Below, one piece after another: positions 1 through 13,420 of a stretch of 64,000 bases of DNA. The stretch's first letter is position 1. Every line of letters begins with the position of its first letter. The stretch comes from Aplysia californica (Eukaryota). The notes under the pieces were generated by a model. It ran no database searches. It worked only from the letters and a program-made list of their open reading frames with translations, and had not been told where the DNA came from. The DNA is taken from the NCBI RefSeq assembly GCF_000002075.1, contig NW_004797854.1, positions 4,704-68,703 on the forward strand. Direction: 5' to 3'. The position numbers and the translations under genes are program-made.

Positions 1-2739
1 AAAACACGTCGTTCCATGTGGGTATCCCAGGAAGTGATGACATCACAGTACTAAAATTAGCAGCCAATCAGAAAGATGCGTCTTTTCTACGTTTAACGGC
101 ATGTGGAACAGTGGATGGGGGGTTCAGGGAGGTCTCCCCCCTGACAAAGTTCTAATGAATAAATCTACCGGTCCGAGATTCTCCATGGAGAGATAAAAAC
201 TGGGGAAAATCATGAATTCCTAAGGTTGAGACATAGGCAAAGTCAGTCCGCTGGTCCGGTATTCTTCAGTCTTACCAATAATATTGATAATAAGGTATTC
301 TTTGACTTTCCCTCCCGTCTCACACTTAGCTGCTAGTTGTCCTTTTTTCTACTACTAAAATAATGCCTGAGGCTCTATGCGTATGGCCCTCCTGTGCGCA
401 TAGCCTCATAGCTATGCGTACGGCCCTCCCTCCCTTAGGCATAGCCTCGTGGCTATGCGTAAGGTCCTCTTGCGTACGGCCTTCCCTACGTACTGCCCTT
501 AGATTTAGATAGAAGTAGAAGTACGCTCACAACCTTGATAATTTCTCAGCTGGACCGCGTACTTTATTGATCGATATCGTGGCCAAGACAAAGATCGTGT
601 ATAACAAGATAGTTTACACGTATTGAGCCAATTTTTAAACGGACTTTGCGATAAGAGTTACCCTACTTTTGTGAAAATATTTATTATATATATAATAAAA
701 GTGAAACTAACAAACTGTGCTATTCCTATATATATATAGATTCTTCTTCTTCTTCTGGTGAAACGAAAGAGAGCTTCAAAACAAAGACTGCAGCGTCATC
801 TGAACCAATGTGCGGACTTTCGCGGAACACCTTTTTGGCTGAGTGAACTATTTTACATATGTACGATCTTTGGCCAAGAGACCCTCTAGGAGATCAAGAT
901 AACTTGCAAAATCATTGGTCCCTATTTATAACTTTGACCTGTAATTTACTACGTCCTTTAAAATATAAGGAATGCTGAAATTTCCCTTTGAAAAAGGTCA
1001 GCGTCTATGCCCTATAAAGCTGTGCGCTTATTATAGTAAAGTGGAGGCTGTACACATAGATTCCCCCCCTTCTCCACCCCGAAGCTGAGTCAATGATTTG
1101 ACAATGACAACACACCTAGGCTACACAGCACCACTGTCACCTCTTGTCAGAAACAGTCAACCTACTTATCAGCTGCGCGCAGTTTCCGGCAACACAGGCT
1201 TGCTTCAGCAGAAATTAAACCTCTTGTCAGCAGGCACTCGGAGCACTATTTCCTGAAATATCAATACCGGATTTAATTGTTGACTCGCCCCAAGTTGTGT
1301 TTGATCTTTGCTCGCACGTTTTATTTCCACTATACGTAATGGAAGTAGTATCGATTTGGCATTCCGACTTGGGACATTCTCAAGATCTAGATCTACGTCT
1401 GCTTTTGTTTCCACTCAGAATTCCCAGAGGATGGCGTGATAAATGTTTCAATTGCGACATATAATGATCAATATTAATCGGAGTTCTGCTGTTACTTTTC
1501 AAAACAAACTTTGTCCAAATTCTGGTTAGTTGGGCTCATCATCGAGACCCGTCAGTAAAACTGTTTCAATCGGGCTTTTACATCATGTGACTTCGGCGTG
1601 TGAGTTCCACGTGTGTCAGGGTCAGTTCGTTGATGGGGTCAACTTAAGTTCATGCACACTGGTTGAAGCATCTTTCGAGACTTAAAGGGTAGGGGCGGGG
1701 ATGGGGGAAAAGACACTTTGGCTTAAGAGCCCTTGACGTGATACTTCAGGATTTTAAAAAATTTCACCGTGGTGATTTGTCTTTTATCCTGATTTTTTTC
1801 CACGAAATCCTGATTTTTAGATTTCTTAGGCTTAGAGTGGCAGGTCTGCCCCCATCCTTCTTTAACACATAATATAGTAAACATGAATTGTCCGCCATTT
1901 TTAATCTTTTTTTTTTTTTTTAAATCGAAAGTCTGGAAAGACTGGAATGTGAATCCTGGAATGGCTCTGAAGAATAATGAATNNNNNNNNNNNNNNNNNN
2001 NNNNNNNNNNNNNNNNNNNNNNNNNNNNNNNNNNNNNNNNNNNNNNNNNNNNNNNNNNNNNNNNNNNNNNNNNNNNNNNNNNNNNNNNCCTTTTGGTTTG
2101 TCAACTTTATTTTATTTTTGATTGGCCCGACCACGGCCAGCCTCTCCCCCTCACCCCCTCCAAGTGAACACAACTCTAATTCTAGTCAATATTACTCATT
2201 TTTTTCTTGTTGTTACACTGAAACCTTACAGTTAATTAAAAATTGTTAGCATTCAATCATGGTCACTCTGTGTGTAGTGTGAGTTTAATGTTTACATGCA
2301 AAAATTCTCTTACTATGAAATTAGGAGATAACTGACTTTTGAGGATTCGTTTGTCATATATATAAACAAAAAACCAACAACCTTTTTAGTTTCTAAAACA
2401 AAGGTTTAGATACCCCAATATAGAAAACCAAAGGGTGAAGGAACTTTTTAAGTTGGCCTGAAAAGGGGAGCCCTGAGATGTCATTGTAGATGAACTGCTT
2501 TTTGGGGCTGGACTGCTGTTATAATATATGACTTTAATAGTGTCATAGTAGAATAGGCCTACCCTACATGCATACATATAGATCTAGGCCTATGTGGCCA
2601 CTAAAACCGTAGCAAAATCAATTGATTGGAAAAAAAATTGCAATTATATTATAACAAACATGAGTCGCGTGTGAAAGTAAAAAAACCAGTATAATAACTC
2701 TGAACATCAAGCATTGATTAAAATTAGGAAGGGGATAGC

Positions 2740-2890
2740 CGTACTTAATGACGGCTAGACTGCTAGGCTTGCCAAGTACGGCTAGACTGGCTGGCTAGTC
2801 AAGTACAGCTAGACTGGCAGGCTACCCGTACTTTAAAATGATGGCTAGACGGCTGGGCTAGCCATACTTAATAATGATGGCTAGACTCTG
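2740..2890. repeat. Degenerate minisatellite (unit about 28-35 bp, core GGCTAGAC)
   Basis: Five GTAC..GGCTAGAC(T)GG units, plus a detached copy at about 3052-3070. Confidence 0.7.
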
Positions 2891-3199
2891 ACAAACAGCA
2901 AAAAATATTTTTTGTTTGCAATACCTAAAGTATTTGTATTTGAGACGAAACCGAAAGGTGCCTTACTGATAGTGCATATATTTTAAACCTGAATAATTAG
3001 CCTACTAATGAGACCTGTGTACTCAACAGGTTTCTAATAGGGCCTGAAATAAGTACGGCTAGACTGGCAGTTATATAAATGCTGTACAGTGGGTTGGAAG
3101 TCTGAGCTAAAACTGTCATGGAATTTTTTTGTCGAAAGCAATGGGGTGTTGTCAACCGTTAGCACTTTAGTCAGTATGTTCTGCCTTTCTTTCCTCCAG

Positions 3200-6100
3200 C
3201 AATATGAGAGCTGTATGATGTGCAGTGGATTCTATGGCAAAAGCTTTGGACAACCTGTGTGCAGCACTTGCCATTTGTTCCTGTTTTCTATTGACTTAAA
3301 GGAAGATGGAGAAGAAGGAGACAACAGAGCATATGAGGTACTGTGTAATAATAATAATCAGGTAGATAATTGTTTCAACTTTAGTATCTAAAACAAAATT
3401 GGCAAATGTTTGTTCAATGAAGATTTGAAATTCAAAATATATAAGCTGTACTTTTTCTCACTTTTTGCCATCTTCTTGCTGCTTTATATATATGTTTGTG
3501 GTAAGTGGTGCTGTCTAAAGATTTACTCCATATTTTGTATTTGATGTAACCAGTTCTTGTATAATGTGTGCCTTTGCCTTAAAAGTAATAATAATAATAA
3601 TAGATAGCATATATATCTGTTGTATGCGAATTCCTGATCAACAGCCAGCTTTATGCACTTTACAGTCTATATGTGTCACGACGAGGTGGAATCAGGCGCT
3701 CGTCAATTTTTGTGCATGTAGAATTATTGGTATCATTTTAAAGCTTGTTCATTTATCTTGCTTTTGATGAAAAAAAAATACTCTTCTATCTTGAGCAGAA
3801 GTGAAGATATTTGTCATCAAAGGAGGTAAGATCACTTTGTTTCAGCGGTAAAAATAGCAAGAAAGTGACCCCCAAAGTTTGGTAACTGCAATAGCTAAAG
3901 AGGCCTTGAAAACTGAAAAATTGTATATTTTGAGCTTTTAATCAATGCTTTTCAATTCAATATAATTCACATGGAAATGTGTTTTATTTGGACATTAAAA
4001 GGTGGAACAAAAAAACAAAAATTTGATTAACCCTATCCGTACGTCATGTTTTACTATCATCCATATACGACGTGGGGAACTCTGTGCCACCACTTTCAAA
4101 GAGGAAATTTACTCTTTAGTCTGATCCATACGCTTTGCATAGCAGTCTGTCAAAATGATTTTTAGAAAAATACTGAAAGTTTCCAAGAGATCTTTGTACT
4201 TGAAGTACTATAAAATGGGAAGAATAGAACTCCCGGGGCACAAAAGGACCCCAGAGCGTGTGGATAGGATTAAAATTGCGAAACTGATGGGAAAATGCCT
4301 GTTTCTCCAATTTTGTTATTTTGACGAGCGCCTGATTTCACCACTATGTGTCACATATTATTAAGATGAAGCTGTACTAATTATGTTGTTCATTTTCTTT
4401 TTCTTCTGAACGCATTTTCCTTTTCCGGTGGAAGCTTTGAGCTGTGTACAAGTGTAGTACTAAGGTGTTTCCTATATGAAAACTGAAATTTAGAAAAAGT
4501 GATTGAGAAAAAAAATGAAGCAAAGTGAATACTATTTGGAGGAGACAAAAGAAATAAATGTGGAGTTCACTGCACATTGTTTTAATAAAACTGATGAAAA
4601 TTAACAATTCTTCCATCACTGTCTGACAATGACCAATGCATCTGCAGAGGAGAATATCTCTTAATGTTATATAGTTGAAATGTATAGGTTGTAGAATATG
4701 TGTCAAAAATTGATTGTGTGTGTATGTGTCCCTGGTTTACCGAAAACTAGTGAAATTACCCCCCCCCCCCCCCCCCCCCAGAAAAAGCCCAAAACACACG
4801 CACACAAAAAGACATGTTTGTTTTCTTTTTAAAAACTTTCTAAATATATTCTCTTTTCCAAAAGAAACTTGACACATTTTCTTTAAACATAATACTATTA
4901 AATCAAAACGGATAATGATGATATTTATGTACAGTGCAGTGTGTTGGTTTTACTGTCTTCTGAATCAATTTCGACAGCACAACTAAGTGAGTTAGCTCAA
5001 TTCTGTGTGTTCAGTATGAATTCATTTGTTAACTTTTTATTTTGTTAAGCATGAGTTTTTTTGTGTTGTCTTCGCTATCAATGTGTAGCTTATTTTAAAA
5101 CCTACGAAAGGTGTGTAAAAAGTTTATGAAAACGTCGATTGCATTTGAACTATGAGCTTCTGAAATCTAGAAAAATGTTGACTTTCAATCATGCCGCGTC
5201 TCAGTGCAGACGAGCGGGGGCGTGCTGTAGGGCATCTCGAAGCAGGCGTTCCAATGGCGGATGTGGCAAGGATTTTTCACTGTAGCAGGGAAACCGTGTA
5301 GTCTGCAGACCAGGTACATGAACACAGGAAGTACAAGAGACCGGCCAAGATCAGGGAGGTCGCGGGTAACCACCCCGGCACAGGATCGGTATGCACCACC
5401 CACCTGAAGGACAGGTTTCAGTCTGCTTCCCATACAGCCAGGACCCTCCCGCAACACCAACCAGTGAGCACACAGACAGTTATTCGTCTTAGGTCCTTTT
5501 CACGGATGAGTCTAGATTTGTCCTAGGTCGCTAAGATGGTTGAGTGTGGGTATATCGCCGTAGAAATGAAAGGTTCGCTGACCAGTGTATACATGAAATC
5601 CCTAACCGGGGATATGGGCTGGTGATGGTTTGGGGCGGAATCACAACAGACCTCAGGACGGCACTGGTACATGCTCCGACAGCATAGAATAGCGCCAACT
5701 ATGTAGCCACCATCTTGCAGCCACATGTGGCACTGTTTGTGCAGAACCATGCTGGCTACACCTTACAACAGGACAACGCTCGAGCCCATCGTGCCAGGGT
5801 GACACAGCATGAACCCGATTGAAAATGTGTGGGATATTCTCGGGCCTCAAATCCAAGAGATGAATCCCGCTCCTCAGAACAACGCTCAGTTGATTCAAAG
5901 CCTATCCAACGCTTGGAACGCTACCCCACAACATCAAATTTCCAACATCGTCAACTCTACGAGGCGCAGATGCCGCGCCGTCATTGCTGCAGGCGGCGGT
6001 CACACAAGATATTAATCCTGCCGAACTTTCAGACATTACTTGAAATGCTTTTGATTTGACCAGTACCAGTGTATTTTGCTATCAGACATTTCGAAAACCA

Positions 6101-9100
6101 TAATTTAGGATTATGATGTCAGTGTAAAGTTTCTTTGTGGAAAAAATGCACGTTTTCTGATTTTTTAAATTTGGACCTTATCATTTCAGGAGGGGCTTGA
6201 AGCACCAGGTGTGTATTATGTGCATTAAAGTACAGGTTTTCAAATTCAGAAATGCTTCTTCTTTTTAGATATAAAATGTTGTCCCTGTGTCTGCAATGGT
6301 TTATTTTTTTATTTAACACTATTCTTTATGTCAAGTTTCTTTTGGAAATGAGTATGTAATATATATCCGTAAAAGTGTCTGGTATTGTTTTTGTACTGTT
6401 TTTTTTCCGTCAGATTTTGGAAGGCTGTTTTAGACCTTCATATTGTTTATTGTAAGTGATGTTACTGAGTAATTATGTTTTTTATGTTTTTTCTTCCAGA
6501 AAGTGGATTCTGATGACTCAGGTACTGAGGAGCCTGGGGCAGAGACAGACTTCTACGCCAGCAATGACATTGGAGAAAGAGAGGTTCGTGTCTGGTTTGG
6601 ATAATTTGTTTTTATGTAAAACTGTTAAAAGAAAATATAACTTGAGTTTGATGATTAGCTTTCATTTATGAACTGTTTCTTGTGAGAGTAGTAAAATCTT
6701 GTCATTGATGCTGAGGCTGAAAGATAACATGACTTCTTCAACTTTATGATATTCTAAAGTATCTTTCAAAACTCATATTGGTTTTTATGTATGTATTTGC
6801 AAATTAGCACCTAAATGTGATCTTTTTGTCAGTATTTATTATTTTTCAGATGTTTATAACAGGTGACCCATCCTGTCGTTTTCTTTACTGTTTTCCAATT
6901 GTATTATAAAATAGGACATTTTCATGTAATCTGTTTCTGATGCGGATTTAATTACTTTTTGCTTTTTACAATGAGAACAGTTTCAAAATTGTATTCTAGT
7001 ACAAGTCTAGAGAGTAAAAAGATGTCTTTGAAGAATCACAAAGTAGCTTGTCAAAACTAGCTGATACACTTCTGTTTCAGAAGTGTAACATCAGCAAACT
7101 AAAAATGTGCCAAGTCCTGAAAGCAAACTTTTATAGAAGAGAGGAAAAACTGTTTCCGTCTTTTGACAATTGTACCAACATTATGTATTTTTTCTTTCTT
7201 TTTTTTTTTGCAAAATATTTTTTTGAGCACGTGCAACCTATTCCGGGCATAGTACATTTTTACTGCTGGCCGATAATATACAGGCAATCCCTGTTATCCT
7301 TGTACCCTGAAAATTGAGAAAAAGCATTTTTTTGTAACAATGTGAGACTTCATTTTCATATATTTGAATATGTTCACAACCAAAGGTTCAGCATCAGGCC
7401 CGCAGGCCGGCCAGGCTGAAGGCTGATCGTCTGACGGAAAGGATAAATGCCTTGACCATTCCACGAGAACAAGATGTTGTTCCTGTTGGTCTTATTGAAT
7501 CATTGCCTCCTGAGGGTAAGCCTTAGTGGTTTCATGAAATGAAATGATTTTTTTTCCACACAGTTTCCTATTAAAACGATTGCTTGCTTTGAGATTGAGA
7601 TGTTAGTGAAAGGTATTTATACAACAGAGTTTTTCTAGGATGGAGAGTATAGAAAATAGACATAGAATATCTGGTGGTTATAATATTATTGTTACAACCT
7701 TTCCGCTAGTTAAAAAAAAAAAGTTTTTGTAAGAGTTTTACGGCACTTGCAACACAATAAGGTCGTATTAGTGCAGAAGATTAGAAGTGTTACAAGAGAG
7801 TAACAAACACAAAAAAGAAGGAGGGGAGATAGAGAAGATACATTTTTTATAGAGGAAAGAAGGAACAAACCACACCAGAGCTCCCGCCAACCTCCCACAA
7901 CCTTTCTGCTTATATTTTATCTCATAGTTAAAACAGATAACAGCCATGCCTACTTTATACTTATTGAAAAGCAAAGGCAACTTTTAGTATGCAACCTCTT
8001 TGTCTGAGCAGTTAATTTTTTAGTGTGAGAAAAAAAAATGTGCTGAATTCATTTCTGTTTTGGAAATTCTGTTGATTTAGCTGTGAAAATAAATTTTCAT
8101 AAGAAAAATTGAGAGTTCACTCTCTTGATTTGATAATGCATATATTTCATTTTCTTTTACTGCAGTGCTTCTTTTAGTGTTCAAGAACCTTGATGACATT
8201 TCATTGTGGGTAGCAAGCAATGTGTGTACTCGCTGGCGACAAATTCTAGACGGGGAGATATCTCAGTCTCAGTGGAAACATTTCCTGCAGCTGCGCTGGC
8301 CTCTCTTTCAACCGCAGTTCAAAGTCCGTTGCTGGAAAACGATATACTCACAACTGTAAGTTTTGATTCTTTATGAAGATGTTCTCAATTAACTTTGGTC
8401 AGAGTTATAAGGCTCTTGCAACTCAGTTAGGTCGTATAAATGCAGAAGATTAAAGGTCTTACTTGAGAGAAAATGTAAAGAGTAACCAAAGAAAAAAAGA
8501 AGGAGAGATTTTTTATTGGAAAGAAAGAGCAAACCACGACAGAGCCTCACATGTCCACTCAGTTAAGTTTTTATGATTGTTCAGCGTTATGTCTGAAAAA
8601 TATATGTTCTATCTCTGTAACGAACATTGTTTCACTTGTGAATATGCTTGCTATTTAGTGACTATATTGTGTTCCATGTCAAATGATGATTTGACTAGTC
8701 TTTTGGTAGAAAGATTTTTATTTGAAATGTGAGAAGGTGATGTATTTAACCATGCCCATAATTTCTTTTGTAGTAATTTTTTTTAAAGAAAGTTTTTTAG
8801 TCTGCATCTTTTTCCCTTGTGGTTTAATTGTCTTAAAGCTTTCTCAAATATAACTGCACCTGCCTTTCAGAAGTTCGTAGACCTTGAAGTGAGGGTATGT
8901 TTCTGTAAGTCTTTTATAAGTTAATTCCTTGTTATTGAATTAATTGTGAACTGAATTAGTTTCACTTTTGCTTTTCAGATTATTGAGTTCACCATGTAGA
9001 TATTGCTTAGAGAGTATGATGCTCCAGGTATTGTATGTTTTCAAATTAAATTTTTATTAAGCTTGTTTTAGTTGTGTATATCATTCGTTTATTTCTGGGG

Positions 9101-12100
9101 GGAAGAAATGTTAAGCAGATGTCAAAGATATGCTGTGTGATCATAGAGTATTAACTATGATATTCAGATGAGATTATTAACCTTTTCAGTCTCCCTAAAG
9201 TGAATGAAAAGAGGGAAATTTTGATCACTTATATATTCCATTTGTATTACTTACCTTCCTGAAAAATGAAAACAAAATTGATGTGTATAGAAATGGATAT
9301 AAGGTAGTTAATTTGTTAGAATGTCCTGAGTCTGTGCTTGGGTACTTACAGCAGACACCCGGTGCAGTTGAAATGTGAAATGCTGTTAATCTTTATATGC
9401 ATGTTATAATGTATGTGTGCTGGAAATGCATGTGTATATGTGGAGGGGGTATGTCTGTTCTGCATGCTTAGGTGTGTCTGTTCCTCTTGTGTCTGAGGAG
9501 GGGTGGATAGTAATGTTTTTGTATTTGTGCATGTGAGTATTTTCCTACTTAAGAGATGTTGTACAAGTTAAAATAGTACTCATTGTAGTCATATGTGACC
9601 ATTCACACCTGTATGCATTTGGGTTGGTTCACCATTTACCTGCTCTATGGGTCTGCTATATATATGCAATTAAATTAATGCAGTTTATATCATCTTATTG
9701 TGATGCCTGTTTATGCACAGAGCACCCCACCCATAGAGGAAAACTCCTGGCGCCATCGTCGCCTGCGCAGCGAACTGAAGACACTCAGAACAGACCCCCC
9801 TGAAGGCATTCAGGCCACACCCCTTGACAGGTACTGCTGCCATTGGCAGGCATCCATCACAGGTCCACAAGGCAGCCCATACGAGGGGGGACTATTTCTA
9901 CTTTATCTACAAATACCGCAAAAGTGAGTGAAAGTTCTCTTTTGATATTTTTGTCTAAACTCGTTTGTTTGTTTGTTTGTGTGTGTGTGTATATGTGTGT
10001 GTGTGTGCTTTATTTTTGTTTTATATGTTTGGTATGCTGTGATAATCAAAGTTGAATTTATTCCACTATATATGTATTTTTAGAGCTTTTCTACCTATGT
10101 TTCACGCAAACACGTAAAACAGCCTCTGAATTATTCAACACAAGTTATGAATAGTCTTTCTTCCAGGCCTTTGAAATGTGGATAGGTTTGACATGATTTT
10201 GAAAAAAAAAGAAAGGTATCAGAGTTTCAGTCTCGGGAGAGGTAAACCAGGATTGACCATTTTAAATACCTGTCAAGTATTTGTTGAGACTTCTCTTAAA
10301 AGCTCAAACTATTCTTTAAAATCTTTGTTTTTTTGCACTTATAAACTTGGCAAGATGATAGCAGACTATTAGTATTAACTCTCTTTAAAATATTTTTGTC
10401 CTGTCAACATAAGTAGGCCTACTTCTTGTGGGGAATTTAGTTGAGAAAGATAACACTTAAAGGACAAAACACTGAAAAGTAGACCAAGACTTCAGGGTCT
10501 GTGTCAAAGTCAACTCTGAGAAGCATTTTTGTGTAACAGTCCAATCTTGACACAAACAATGTTTTTGGCTTTGATTGCATTCTGGAATTTCAGAAGTTTG
10601 TATGATTCTTGGTGTTTCTTTTTTTTGTTGTAAAACTGACGGACACAATTTTTCGAAATTACTTTATGTGTGGATTTTTAAGATGCACAATGGTTATGGC
10701 AATTTAGAAACTAAAGAGGTACTTAAAAAACAGAAGAGGCTATTATTATGGTATGAGAAAAGGTACTGAAATAATGTGTTTCTGGAATTTGAAGTCACTG
10801 CTTATTTCAGGCCTATGCTGTGACACTTGTATGGGGGGTGTACTGATTGTCTTTTTATGATTTGTCTAGAATATGTATAGTTTTACTTTGAGAAGTACTA
10901 CTTTTACTGTTGATACAAATTTTCTGTTGTAAACATTAAGTAGAAATACGACTGCAAAAGCTGATGTATGGATATTTACTTTGAGTGAAGTGAGAGAGCA
11001 TTCTGTATACAACTGTATTTGCATTATAAATTTTATCGTTGTAACTTTTGTCCTTTGACTGTTCCCTGAATGTGAATTTTTTTCATTGATCCTAAGGACT
11101 CTCACAGAATGTTCATATTTCATTATGGTCACAGATTAATCACGGTGACTGACTGGTTTGCATGAAGAAATTGTGTTCTTCATTGTAATTAAAGTAATGG
11201 ATTTGCTGTTTCTGAAGGAGGAAAAAAGGTCCTTGGTTGGGAGAAGAAAATAGGTCTAAAAGATTACCTTTGTATTTGAAGCTACAGGACATACTTTCCT
11301 CTATGCTTTGTTTTCCGAAGCATATGATGTACAGTTGACTGAACATCCGACAGTGATACAAAAAGTGTAAACTTACCTTTCTTTGGTTGTCGTCACAGAT
11401 AAATAACAGCCGGTATTTGCTGTCCCTGAACTATAGCTGATAAGGCTACACACTTGCAGTCATTCTGTGTCTAGTCAAGTTGTTTCAGTGAGAAAAGGGC
11501 TAAAAAAAAAATGTCAAGCTCTTGTCCTGTTTGATAAGCATCGCTTGATAGTTAAGTTACAGAACACTCAATCCAAAGTGATTTTTATTTCTTTTGGTAT
11601 CCTCTATTGCAAAGTAATCTTTCTTCTTACTTTTTGCTAGAGAACAAAGGGTTTCGTTTATTGTGGTACCTATCTTTTAGATCTACCTCTGCAGTATATG
11701 ACATGGTCACATCTTATTGATAGGATACATTTTCCTTTGCTGTTTTCCTGTCCTGGTTTAACTTAAATGAATATGAATAAACAGAAGAGGGTTTCAGTCT
11801 GTAATATGTTCCTGTCATTTCTGGGACCTCCCACAGTACTAAAATGCCAGTGGATGTTTCGTCGAATAAGTATTTATTATTTGTTGTCTTCCTCAGCTAC
11901 CCAATGCGACCTCCCAAGGTGAGGTTTATCACCAAGATCTTCCACCCAAATATTTCTCGCCATGGGGATGTGGGACTCGACTCTATACACCACAACTGGA
12001 GTCTGGCTCTAACAATATCCAAAGTTCTTATCAGCATCCAATCCCTACTCACTGACCCATTCTGCACTGTATGCATGGAGCCCACAGTTGGCAAATTGTT

Positions 12101-12206
12101 CAAGAGCGACCGCTTTCAATTTGATCGTATGGCTCGTCTTTGCACATGGAAGTACGCCATGCATGATTATGTCATGGCTCTCAACATTGATCCTGATGGA
12201 GTTTAG
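3200..12206 (+). CDS. morgue: Morgue-like protein: zinc-finger motif + F-box + variant ubiquitin-conjugating (E2) domain with Cys->Gly active site; 5' end not resolved
   Basis: Exons with AG/GT sites and consistent phases: 3200-3337 (QYESCMMCSGFYGKSFGQPVCSTCHLFLF..), 6500-6583, 7386(or 7392)-7515, 8166-8355 (F-box LPPE|VLLLVFKNLDDISLWVASNVCTRWRQIL), 8979-9027, 9721-9923 (RRLRSELK..GPQGSPYEGGLF), 11897-12206 (YPMRPPKVRFITKIFHPNISRHGDVGLD..). The HPN..G-x-x-C-LD cysteine is Gly (GGA 11973-11975). This domain order plus the Gly substitution is the hallmark of Drosophila Morgue. The start is either the ATGs in the 3200 exon or an unidentified upstream exon. Confidence 0.9.
3673..4354. mobile_element. 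Non-autonomous TIR element (Sola1-like, ATAT TSD) containing a nested TTAA MITE
   Basis: TIR GTG..GGTG(G/A)AATCAGGCGCTCGTCAA at both ends, flanked by ATAT. Internal sequence is similar to the inverted copy at 59867-60953. Confidence 0.7.
4031..4269. mobile_element. piggyBac-type MITE
   Basis: TTAA|CCCTATCC...GGATAGGA|TTAA. Confidence 0.6.
4851..6352 (+). mobile_element. Degenerate Tc1-family DNA transposon in a morgue intron
   Basis: About 24-bp TIRs CTC(T/A)TTTCCAAAAGAAACTTGACA with TA at the right end. Broken transposase from about 5190: MPRLSADERGRAVGHLEAG.., DRPRSGRSRVTT, VLFTDESRF, QQDNARAH, NPIENVWDIL..CRAVIAAGGGHTRY, with frameshifts and deletions. Confidence 0.9.
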
Positions 12207-13414
12207 CAGGGGCAATGGGTATTCAGTTGCAGAACAGAATTGGTGCTCCAAGAAAAGTGGGAATCGCCTGTCATAATTCAAGCCTATAGCTAACAGTAGA
12301 AGTGATACCACTTTTGAAAGTTTGAAGAAAATTTTAGTCAATATGAAGCGAATGTCACCAAAAGCATACCAGAACTTTCGTCTCTTTATTTGAACCAGTT
12401 GTTTGTCAGTATGACCCAGATTAGTTTGTTCCCTTTGTATTGTTTGGAAATTGAATTATTTTTATGACAAATGACAACAAATTCTTTACGTTCCACATGG
12501 CTTGGGATGTTGTGAATAAGTGAATGTGATCTTTCATTTTTTATACTCTCTCCTTTCCAAAGAAATGAAATGCCTTGTGGTAAGAAGTTCAATGTGTGAT
12601 GGGAACTTTGAATGAAGACCCATCTCTTGCATACACAACAGACTATAAATTCTTTATTGTTACCAATTGTGATTTTTCTTTTGGAGGGTGGGCCTTTCCT
12701 AAATTGTTGCTTTTATATTTAATGTACAAGAAGTGGCGAAACTCAAGTTAGCCCCCCCTCAAATTGGCATACTGTGAAAAGATCTTTCAGTTGCTGACGA
12801 AGAAATGGTAAAATGGTAACTGTTTAACACCCCTGTCAACACTGTTAGGTTTTTTAAGAGATGGGATCTCCAAAAGGACCAAACTGCTGACAGAATAGAA
12901 AGGAAGGTGCAAATGAGTGTGAAAACGTGTTAAAAATGTTTTGGGGCTTATGGTACACAGAATACTACTGTAAACTAACACTTCAATTTTGCGCCAATGT
13001 AATAATGTAACTGTATTTGCTGCCATGGATTTCTAGCCTGTAATTCAAAGCTTACCCATGTCTCATGTGGTTGAGCATGATATATAAACAAAGGTCAAGC
13101 TGAAGTAATGTTTTTTGGGTTTGTTTTTTTTTTGGGGGGGGGTGGGGGTTGTTTTGAGAATATGATATTGTGAGGTATCAAAATTTGCTTTCAATTTCTA
13201 AAAACTGAGAGCCTCAAGAGCTGTATGGAGTTATCATTTGCCCTAGTCAGTATTGTTGGCGATTTGAAATTTGCTCCATGATTTTTATGCATTTCCCCAT
13301 TTCCCCTAAAAGTCTTCAGTTATTTCTATAAGTTTTTGAGAAATTTATCTTTGCTCTGTTATGATGATGATACTCACTTTTGCCACAAATTATATTGTTG
13401 CCATGTTTATTCAT

Positions 13415-13420
13415 AATAAA
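13415..13420 (+). terminator. Candidate polyadenylation signal of the morgue-like gene
   Basis: AATAAA about 1.2 kb after the stop codon, followed by T/GT-rich sequence. Confidence 0.5.

Noticed and set aside
1100-1625. Coding first exon of the morgue-like gene
   Set aside because: Candidate donors at about 1600 and 1621 have an in-frame stop just upstream. The region may be promoter/5' UTR but no CDS is supported.
2740-2890. CRISPR-like repeat array
   Set aside because: Eukaryotic context and degenerate tandem units without unique spacers.
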